A stretch of DNA of 64,000 nucleotides, from the NCBI GenBank assembly GCA_030141605.1, contig JAQGDQ010000047.1, positions 372,001 to 436,000 on the forward strand, given 5' to 3'. This document shows positions 38,801-49,234 of this stretch, piece by piece (positions within the stretch are counted from its first letter, which is position 1; every line of letters starts with the position of its first letter). Origin of the DNA: Tubiluchus corallicola. Its lineage: Eukaryota; Animalia; Priapulida. The notes beneath the pieces are model-generated. The model worked only from the letters and a program-made list of their open reading frames with translations, made no database searches and was not told the DNA's origin. A program made the position numbers and the translations under genes.

Positions 38801-40452
38801 AAACTGATGAACTAAGTGATTAGTTTAATCTAAATATTATAGGATTTATACTTATAAAAAGTTTTCTATTAAACCTCTCACTGCCCGTTGTAATACTGTA
38901 ATAATATATGCAAGACTTCTGTATATCAGTCTGGGTGTTTACCAGCTGCTTATTAGTCTCGATCTCAGCGGCGACTCAATCGCTTAGTATCAGTCTCGAT
39001 CATGTAATTTGATGGGCCAGGAAATTGCCAACTTTAGCTGAGTTAGTCATTCTGTAAGGCTAACTCTCTGCTAGCAAAAGTATCAAAATGCAATAGCTAT
39101 CTGAAAATTCAAAAGTTAGATTAGAACACTCGATTCGAATTGACATTAAACATGTTCGACTTTGTTTGAGTGTCTCAAAAAAAATTTTACATTCATGCCG
39201 TTGCTGCTGTGAAATAGTCGTAAAGAAATCACCTCATTACTACACAAGCATATGTCGCTTCATGTAAGGAGTTTGTATAGAATGAACTAAAAATTCCTAG
39301 CTGCTAGTCGTGTTAAGTCACGCAGTATTAAGTTCTCACAGTATTTTGCATTTAATGATACTAATGGCAGAGCAAGCTGTAAAAATTAAATCATGCAGAA
39401 AACCTTACAAAAGTCTTAAACTCTAAAAATTGTGTTAGAACTGTTGGACAATGTTTAACGTGTACTTTTACTACTTTATATGATAATTTGAGCCAGTTAG
39501 TATAATACAGTAATACTCACACACCCAATTCACAAATTTTAAGTGAGTGGGTAGCAGGTATAGCTGTAACAATAACAGTGGTGGCTCGTAAGTTAAAATT
39601 AGTCGGGGTGCTGCAAAATTAAACATTTTTTAGCCATTGTTTTAATACTGTGTAAAACGAAACAAACGTATGTAATTATAATGTTGTAATTGTAATTTAT
39701 AACAAACAAACTAATCTAAACATAACCTTGATAAACTCCTAAACAAAAAATATTGTTTTCGTACAAATAGCGTAAATTGTCTCAGTTTAAGAATATGCCG
39801 ATACACGGCTTATATGTCACTGATACATGTGACGACTGACAACAGGTACTGCAGTGAGCGACAGTACTCTTTCTCCCTAAAGTACAGCGTCTTATCTCAG
39901 ACACGTGCACATGGCTGCATGCACACAGCAGCCAAACACCACATTGCTTGGGCTTTGAAGCAAATTGTACTTCCCTCACGTGCTCCGTACAAGTATAAAG
40001 ATAGAACTCAAGAAAAAAGATTATTATATTGAACATTATCGACACTAATGAGTGAAAATAGGGTTGCTGCAGTACCACAGTACCTATACACGAGCCACTA
40101 CTGAACAATAATGATGCCCAGTTTAGAATATGACTAAAACTAGTGATATATTAGCATTATTAAATTTAATTAGAACAACAGTTGAATGTTTTAACATATC
40201 TATTATATTTTGTTCAGTATACAACTCTGCAATTGTCACCAAAACATATGATAAATGAATTATTTGGCTCCTGAAATTTCCAAGAGTTGTACATAAATTC
40301 GACAGTGCATAATTTGTAACAAAGTTTGCACAAAGTGTGCTTTGTCTTTTCAGGATAAATTGATGGACATAGATGAGGAATCTAACAAAAAATATGAAGC
40401 ATGTAAACCACTTGATGTAGATGGAGCAGTTGATGCATTTGCACAGTTATAG
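35829..40452 (+). CDS. RBIS: Ribosomal biogenesis factor (C8orf59/RBIS family), 106 aa; exons 35829-35948, 36724-36825, 40354-40452
   Basis: MGKNNKALGKRKDKSIFKVAGKNIIKSNTKAKSVSTNLKK|INIVTRDKVEELNKQF...|...KPLDVDGAVDAFAQL* matches human RBIS motifs (KAKPVTTNLKKINI...KV...NKAF; KPVNVDEA...L). Introns are phase-0 GT-AG. Confidence 0.9.
37333..38253. mobile_element. Old hAT-like MITE
   Basis: Termini TAGGAATGTTAA ... TTAACATCCCTA are inverted, with subterminal tatcg/cgata repeats. The flanking 8-mers only partly match (gtaaatgc / atggatgc). Confidence 0.55.
39576..40103. mobile_element. hAT-type MITE with perfect 8-bp target-site duplication
   Basis: TIRs CAGTGGTGGCTCGT ... ACGAGCCACTACTG (13/14 match), flanked on both sides by AACAATAA (39568-39575 and 40104-40111). 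Confidence 0.9.
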
Positions 40453-40558
40453 AAATTGAAAGTAAATGAACAGCACTAAGCTGATTTTTATGAGGTACCA
40501 AGAACAACTGCTTTTTATTTAGTATATAATTTCGTGTTATTGGATGTAAATATTGAAA

Positions 40559-41311
40559 ATGATGGAAGATACTAGTGTTAACACTGAACGACAACAAGAA
40601 CACAGTAACGATCAGCCTGAGAACCTTAAACGATTTGTATTTCGCTCATCGGGGCATGATGAATCTGAGGTATTAGAAGTTTTAATACCTCAGCAGCTTG
40701 ACCCAACGTACGGCATGTACACATGGCCATGTGCACCTGTGTTGGCTCAGTACGTGTGGTATCATCGTAAAGATATCTACAGAAAGAACATACTTGAATT
40801 AGGAGCTGGAACTGCCCTTCCTGGAGTTGTAGCCGCAAAGTGCGGTGCAAATGTGGCGTTCAGTGATGACGCAATGCAATTAGGTTGCCTAGAAAATAGC
40901 ATGAAGAGTTGCCAAGTGAATGGTGTTAACAATGCAAAGTTTCATGCAATTACCTGGGGACAATTTACAAAGGATTTGATGTCACTGACCAAAGTTGACA
41001 TTATAATGGCATCAGATTGCTTTTATGATAACAAAGATTACGAGGACATTATTGTGACAGTGTCATATTTGCTGGACAAAAATCCAGGAGCTGTATTTTG
41101 GTGTACATATCAAGAGAGAAGTTCGGATGATTCCATTGAAGATCTTTTGCAAAAATGGGAACTGAAAGGTGTGGAAATTCCTCTTTCTCATTTTGGCGCA
41201 GATGCGGCTAGTGTTGCAGAGTCGGATTTACCGGGTAATCACACGATACACATGCTTGAAATTGCAAAAATGTTGCCATACAGCTTTGCTTTTGCAGGGT
41301 GTGTTTGTTAA
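40559..41311 (+). CDS. METTL23: Methyltransferase-like protein 23 (seven-beta-strand, METTL21/family-16 type), intronless, 250 aa
   Basis: Uninterrupted ORF with YGMYTWPCAPVLAQYVW, SAM motif I ILELGAGTALPG, DIIMASDCFYD, and YQERS...IEDLLQKW...HTIHMLEI, as in METTL23. The first in-frame ATG after stop 40547-40549 is at 40559. Confidence 0.95.
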   Translation: MMEDTSVNTERQQEHSNDQPENLKRFVFRSSGHDESEVLEVLIPQQLDPTYGMYTWPCAPVLAQYVWYHRKDIYRKNILELGAGTALPGVVAAKCGANVAFSDDAMQLGCLENSMKSCQVNGVNNAKFHAITWGQFTKDLMSLTKVDIIMASDCFYDNKDYEDIIVTVSYLLDKNPGAVFWCTYQERSSDDSIEDLLQKWELKGVEIPLSHFGADAASVAESDLPGNHTIHMLEIAKMLPYSFAFAGCVC

Positions 41312-43808
41312 GTGAATGTGTGACTGGAAAGAGTGTATTTGACAGTTTAAATTTTGGTTAAACCTGAGGATGAGTTTTGTAAACCTGATATATTTTAAAT
41401 AGCTAATGTATTCAATGTCAGTAGCAGGTTTCTGCTAATAACATCGAAATGTTTTAATTAAGCTGAAATTTTAATTTTAATTAGTTTGAATAAGTACTGA
41501 CATAGCCTTACTTGCCTAAATTTACAGTCTTCTTGATTGCATTGTTACGCTTGTGACAGCTTAGTTTAAGTTCTTTAAAAAACTAGCAAAATTGTTTTAT
41601 ATTTATTTGCATCATAGTAAGTGGGTAAAACTATGCCTAGAGTATTATCGTGTTGGCTGTTCAACTTAGGTATCATTTTATTTGTAAACTAGATATTTGT
41701 TATTTGTTGAAAAAGCCTGCGGTCATATGACCAAGAGCATCAGTTCACGTCTAATTTTAATAATTTGTAGGTCTCTTGTGTTGTTACTTGTTGTTTTTAA
41801 TTTTTAATTTAACATTAATGTTTGTACAAGTTACACTCCAAAGACTGCCAACCAGCTCTCAAAACTGACACGAAGAAGGTGCTTACGTATAATATTTTAC
41901 AACGATGTTTGTAAGTTGTGATGATATTTTATAAATGAAGCAAGTAAGATGAAGCTATGCAAAATGATCGACGATGACATCGTTAAGGATTTGGTGTGTT
42001 AAATATCTTTAATTTAATTCTGTAGTTCTGTCCAGAATCATAAATGTGATACTTCTCTTAGGAATATAAATGCGAAATAGAAATAGGAATATCTTATGAA
42101 AATTCTACCTTTTATACAGCTGTTTGGAAATGTAATTTATGTTTGCCATTTAATATTGCTATAAAATATAGACTAGATCTTTGTAAAAAATTTGTGTCTG
42201 TACCACAATTTTCCAAAAACGTGTTTCTATGGAATCTGTTAGCTGTTACTGTTGAGATGAAAATTTAATATACAATATTTCCATAACATAGTCCATTTGT
42301 TCTTAATTATTTGTCAATTTGATTCGTTAGTATAGCAACTGTAGTTAACAGCATTTGAAGCCTTGGTGTGGAACTATGAAACATATACCCAACTTTCCTG
42401 CGAAGTATTTAGGTAGACCCCCTTACGTTACTGTTAGCAATGGTTCAAGAATCAATATTAAGTAAATTGATGCATAGAAATAAAAAACGAAAATGAACTT
42501 CTATAAGATGCTTTTCTTTTAAGTATGTTTAATTCATGGAAGGCATTGTTTCATTGCGGCATGGTTGGATGAATGTTGACTCATTCATGATTCCTTTATG
42601 ATCAGACCTGTTTGCTAAAACAGATGTTCTACTGGAAACCAGTGCATTCTCACTTAAGAAACATTCAATGAGAATTTTTAAAACAATAAACATACAATTT
42701 TCGAACCGCTCAGCATTTCAGTAAAAAGTATACAAGCAAGTTCTAGGACAAGAGCACCAATGCCAGATATCACACTTACTGGCAATGAGTAGTTACATAG
42801 GTAAGGATATAAAGGAATGCACAGGTGGCACTATAAATGTACCCTTGCGTGTAACTAGTATGGAGCTAGGAATATTGTACATTTGTATACGTACATTTGC
42901 AATCATCCTAACATGCAGTTGAAACTAGAAACTTGACAGTTTTAAGATAAAAGAATTATGTACGTCTTATGTAACCAAATGACATAAAATGCTTCAATCT
43001 GCATTACAATTAGTGCCTGGCATGTCACACATCTACTCATAATTTACAGTTCCACCTATTTACAGTATTTGCCACATACTCTTTCAATTACATAAGTTAT
43101 TCTGATATCTTTTTTGTGTAATTGCCATAATGCGCTTTTATTATTTGCCTAATTCATTATTAAGGCAAATTTCTAAAAAATTATTTCAAAGTAAAATTTG
43201 AAGAGTAAAATGTATGCAGTACTTGTTACTTACTACTTACATTACATATTTAAAATTCAAAAACTTTTGATGATAAGTTTTACATTATGTATGGTTCATG
43301 AGGGCTCGAAAAACAAACACTGGAATACATGTATCATTACGTTACATTATATGCCAATTTGTGTAAAAGAAAGTTAAAATAGAAGCTTGTCTAGTAGAAA
43401 GAAGAGTTTTTTGTGTAAACCTATGAAAACGTGTCATCTACACAATTGGCTCTCGATACTCACTTGACTGAAATGCAATCATTCAAAATAAATCATCACT
43501 TGTATGGCAGTTAACTTACACACGTAACTAATGTTTCACGAAATTTCAGTCATCATCCAGCGACATTTTGTCCTTACACATTTTCTGTGATGTAAATATG
43601 ATTTTCAGGACATCACGTATATTTGAAATAACATTTAAATATGTACATGGTGGTAGTAAGAAAGGCGATTCATTGACACAACATCTCTATTACAGTGACA
43701 AACTAGTTTTAACATAAACATAATTTGTAGTTTTATACTTTTAAATTCTGTTCCTGATTCAATTTGTCTTTTTAATAAAATAAAATATTGAATGCATCAA
43801 ATCTGTAC

Positions 43809-46800
43809 TCAGTATGCACCAAATTCTCCCCCAGCATCGTACGCTGGTGGCTTGCTACCAATTGTGCCCCCCGTGTCGTCTGTTATTTGTGGGGCATTGT
43901 CGGGTCCTCGTCGCCACTGAACAAATGTTGAATATGCACCAAGGATAAACACAGCCAATGTAAAAAAAGCAAACACCTGAAATGCAATACAAATTTAGTG
44001 CAAGTGATTAGGGGGAATGTCAGTTGTCAAAACACTTAGTAGTAGTTTAGAACAGAAAAAATCAAAATGTCAGTCTTCATGATGTGCTGGTTTCAGTTCA
44101 TTTAGTTGATAGGTTTAGATTTGGTTTAAAAAAAGTTCTATTTACTGCAGTTTAAATTGGCTTTTCTCAATTTCCTACGTAAGGACAATAGCAGGTTGAG
44201 TGCCTGTTACAAAGCTCAGAGCGGAGCTTACAAAGCAATAACATGGGCTCACACTGCACAAACAATGATACTCGCCAAGTAATGTGGCATAATGTTTAGT
44301 ATGTGTTGGGTTGCAGTGTTCATCAAATCCAGACTGGCCCATAAAAAATGCTCAATTTAATATGTATTGATACTCAAATGTATATATACAAAAAAATATT
44401 TTTCCAGTGTCCAGAGAAGCATCCACACATTTTATCATCTGATAATTATTTTTTATCGTTGACTATTTCAAATGACAAATAGAAAGCCACTTTACAGTGA
44501 CTTAAATACTCAAACACAGATTTTGTGCAATTCACATGGACTCAAGCAAACGCAGAACTTGTAACTGAAGGACTGACATGTACTGTTACTAAAACAAGAA
44601 ACCTGGTATTCAGCTACACCTATTTTATAAAGTACATTTTTTTCCATTTTAAGAGTTTTCAAACATCATACTGAAGTATGACAAACTTAAAGTTGATTGA
44701 ATAGCCACTAGCTGTCAGTGTTAAATGTAGCTTTTTTGTACATGGAATCTGTGTTGTTTGCTTCCCTAGTTTACTGATGAGTTTGTAGAGCAGTTTATCA
44801 TTGTAGATCGCTTAGTTTCAAGTTTACATACAACACACACATACAGTTTTAACATAAAAATAGAGAAATATACAAGCAGAAAAATTAATAAAAGAAACAC
44901 AAGCAGACAGCACATAGTTTTCACGCAATTTCTAGCGATTTTTGCTGTAATTATCGAAGTTGGTTCCACTCAGTGGACAATTTTTCGTACAAAAAAATGT
45001 CCATGAAAGTTTGGATTTATCCGGATTTAGTGGACACGTAGCCTTATAATATTGATCAAGATGAATGATAATTTATGAATTCGCTTTGTCAGTATACTTG
45101 GTTTAAAAAAAGGTAATAGTGGTTTTATAATATAACTTGGTAATATAATTCAAAAACAATGTTTATTTGATAAAGCAAACTTGTGCACATACTCTAATCA
45201 TGTTTTCATTTGTTAATTTTATGTTCATTTAGTCACAAAACAAAGTACAATGAAATTAGTATGAAATTTTTGACATCATTTGATCACAACAAGATTACCA
45301 GCAATAACGTTCAAAAATAATTATGTTCAAATTTTTGTGCTAATGACAGTAGAGGTGATGTACTGCTAATCAGCATCAGTTAACATTGGCATCAGCATTA
45401 GAAAAAATCGCATACTACTGTGTACAATACTTGTATGACAAAACTGTCAAAAATTATTTGATTCTAGAACATAAAGGGGACCTAATCAGTAATGACAGAA
45501 GAGATCAGCATATTTACTTACAGCAGCAGCCTTGTGTCCACCAACACCACTCGCTCTTGCTGCTTCTAATGGAGCAGCAATTATGAGGAAGAACAAAGTC
45601 AATGTTTGATCACAGAAATCCTGTGTAAGAAAATGGAACAGAAATTTTTGTGGCATTTCATGTCAATACCAACTACGACATATGGCAACCAGTGACATCA
45701 ATGGGCAAAACATGAATATCCATCAAGAATATGGTCATGCAATGCAGACAATGATCGTTCATATAACTATGTTGAGATTTGTCATATTTGTAAAACTGGA
45801 TAATTTGGATGACATATTTGGTTGCCAAATGTCACATTTCATGTAAGTAAATCCAAATTGCAAGAACTAAATATGCTTAGTGTCATATCTCGAAGTTCTC
45901 TATATCGAAAGTGAAAGTGAAAAATTTTACATCAAATCAGTTAGTGAGGACGAAAACTGTCTATAAATTTAATATAAAGTTGATTAAAATAATGTTTTTG
46001 ATTTACCAACAGGAGTGTTAATTTTAGTGAGACTTGGCAAGCTGTAATAAGTTTCATTTAATTTATTCCGTCCAGAATACATGGTATTAGCAATGCAGTC
46101 AAAATTTAATACCCAATAGTGCCTATGGCACTTCTACCTGGCTAGGTAATTTGCCATTGTTTAACATTAATGTGATGGCAGTGTAGTTGCTTGTTGAGTT
46201 GATAAACACGCATTTTACACAAAATCTAAATTTTAGAAATTCAATTAAAAATTCTTCTATTTGAAACAGTTAATGTTAATTTTAAACACAAACGTTGGTA
46301 GCCTTTGAAAGCTGCTTTTGTATTCCTAGCAAAAATTATATTAAAATACATGTTACATGTAATTAGTTGCCAGTTGTACTTACAATAAAATGCCAATTTA
46401 TGCTGGTCATCGCATCAACAATTCCCAAAAGGAAAACGCAGAAGAATATTAATGTCACCCAAAAGGTACTCATCATAACAAAGTTGAAAAAGTTATAAGC
46501 ACCGTGTGAATCTACTGGCCAGTCACTAGCTGCGCAGCATATAAAAGCCAACATTGAAAACATCTGCAAAAATATATAAAAAATTCTGGAACATGGGACT
46601 GTCGAATTTCAGATTAAAGACGATTGGTAAACCCTGTTCATTGGGTGTTTTTATGGGATTTATTGTTCAAATGTAAACTTGTATTAAGTCAAAATTAACT
46701 TGACAACAAACACTTCATTACTAAAACCATTTACAGTGTTATTTCTAGTTATTTGTTGCACAGTAAGTGGTGAAAGCATAGATATCGACTGAAAAAGAAT

Positions 46801-46914
46801 TATAAAAAAGCATAAACTAAAATGACTTCTTGCTGAAAAATTAAGAATACATACGCATTCTAGAATATGAATAATCCCTGTAGGAGACTTTAGGTAATCC
46901 CCGCGAATAGCCAT
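43809..46914 (-). CDS. MARVEL-domain tetraspan membrane protein (plasmolipin/CMTM-like), 168 aa; exons 46914-46855, 46563-46384, 45620-45522, 43976-43809
   Basis: MAIRGDYLKSPTGIIHILEC|MFSMLAFICCAA...FFNFVMMSTFWVTLIFF...INWHFI|DFCDQTLTLFFLIIAA...HKAAA|VFAFFTLAVFILGAY...* has four hydrophobic helices, the YL.S..G....E start and the AAA.FAF motif of MARVEL proteins. Three phase-0 GT-AG introns. Probable 5' exon with donor AAG|gtaggt near 47441. Confidence 0.9.
45673..45836. repeat. Short inverted repeat, probable MITE remnant
   Basis: GACATATGGCAACCA ... TGGTTGCCAAATGTC (14/15 inverted match). Confidence 0.5.
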
Positions 46915-49234
46915 TGCTTGCAGAAAATTTTCCTCAAACTTGAAAACACAAAAATAATTTTTAAAATTTATAACAACACTAATCTTAATATTATTTTGAT
47001 AAACATAAAAACTACAGCCATTACTAAAGTATTGCCAACACTACACTACTAATTAACAAAAAATAAATAAGTAACCAGAATTGTCACATGTTCAAACTGA
47101 ATGGCTAACTTTGATTTGAAAATTTAGCACTGACTAGAAGCCGTATTTATTCATTAGTTTTTACTCGTGCGCCCAAGAACCAATGTTCACATGGAACACA
47201 TTAAATCTTGTAGATGCCACAGTAATGTGTACTGTAATGAAGAAAACAACAAAGCTTAATTATCTTCTGCTTCAGGATAATGGAATCCTAATTTATATTA
47301 AGCAAAATGTTCAAGCAGAAAGTATTTTAAATGTACATACAATCGTGCAATTTTGGAAGAAGACAGTAAAACAAAACAAATTCTATTTTTCAATGTTTAT
47401 TTAACAATCTTAACATGAAAAAACATAATACTGTAACCTACCTTCTGTGTGAAACATCAAAGTGAGAAATCACCACGTGAGTAGCAACTAGCAAGGTAGT
47501 GAGAGAATGAACTTTGCCCAGTAACCCCAGGTTATTCAAATATTGCTCAGTGTTCAAGCCCAGCATTCAAATGACCAAATTTTGTTACACACAACTCTTC
47601 ATTATGGTGCCTCATGTAAATTTGCTTTATAAGTATGAAAAAGTTGACAATTTTTTCATAATCTAAATTATTTTATTAACCAACAGGTTGCAGATTTTGT
47701 GTCAGTTGGTTTCTTAAATGTAGCAGTTATTTATAGGTATGTTCTAAACGGTTACAAGCTCTAAAATTATTTGACAGTTCTGCAGTTTAGTGTCAAACTG
47801 CAGTAATTTTTTATTAGTTGCAAAAAATATTAAACAGAAACTGAGTGTAGTAATTTTGTTTTGCCTGTAAAAAAGTATTTATTTCAAACATAAGATTACT
47901 ACAACTTACTTAGGCAGTTTATATTTTATTTAGTTCTGAGTTGTTGCTCAATATCATTTCTGATTTGGTATTGTAAATTTAATTTTGCTATGAAGTCAGA
48001 AAACAACTTTTGACATGTGAGACACTGGTACAGCACAATATGATCATATTTTGTATCCAATAAGACAGTGGACTTGTAATGTACACATAGCTACAAAATA
48101 TGAAAAGTGTCAAAAATGTGAAAAGCAATTAACTAGATGTAATAAGAAAAGAAATAAATCTACACTAGTGCTTATTGTTGTAATGAGCTATTATGTAAGT
48201 GTACCTGTTTTTTCTTTTGTTATTTTACTATACAGGTGCAAGCTATAAAAAAAGAAGCAATAGTAGTTTCACAGATAAGAAAAGCTGCCGCTTTAGGTTT
48301 TAGATCTTGCAATTTTACCAGAACTACAATGTCAACAAAATTGAAGAAGCACAAGCCATTTAAGTTATGATGTTTTAATATCTGTAGTGGACGGCTGAAA
48401 GTCGCTGGTGTCTTGCAACAAATGAGCAAACTTCTTTAACATTGAGTAGACTACATATTACTTTTCAACAGCAAAACTACTAAGAAAGGAACAAATTAGC
48501 AAACTGTCTTTGCTAATATGTATAAATACAGAGCTATTTCTTGGCGTTGTAAAAATGAACAATGACAAATTTTTACAACAAAACTCATTTATTGCACTTA
48601 CTATTATTACTGGTAAAAAACACAACTTAAACTTTTTGAATTACCAAATAGTTGGCCCATCAGCCACTGGAAATTAAACTAAAATAAATAATACAGACTT
48701 ATATTGCTAGTTTGCTGCTCAATTAAATAATTTGATAAGATCTTTTCGCAAACAATAGATGCACCCTTAAAAAAGAACAGGTTTGAAAACTGGTCTAAAT
48801 GCACAGTAAAAACAGAATTAATATTGTTCCGTAATATAGTATGAAAACGAGATAGGAATTAAAAAACCTATTAATGTTCTGGTAATCACAACTGGTGCCA
48901 CTGCAAAAAAAGTACAGCAAATATAATAACTGTCAATTTGGAAAAAATTAACTAAGTCTTGAAGTTTTGTCATGGTCAGATTAAACAGTATTTTCAGCTG
49001 CTTCAAATACAGTATTACCAAGTAATGACAGGTAACTATTAATGATTTTAGAATTAAGCTCTTAAGCACTAACACTTACATTAAAACTTGGTTATAATTA
49101 ATTCAAATGAAGTTGGTTTTGGACAATTTACTTGTGAAAAATATTAAAAAGTATTTATAAAACAGATACATTAATACTAATAGCACAGTTTATTACAATA
49201 AATTTCATGAAGACTTAAGTATGACTATCACTGG

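Noticed and set aside
40450-40559. Stop-codon readthrough fusion of RBIS and METTL23
   Set aside because: The ORFs are in different frames and the METTL23 frame has two stops in the spacer.
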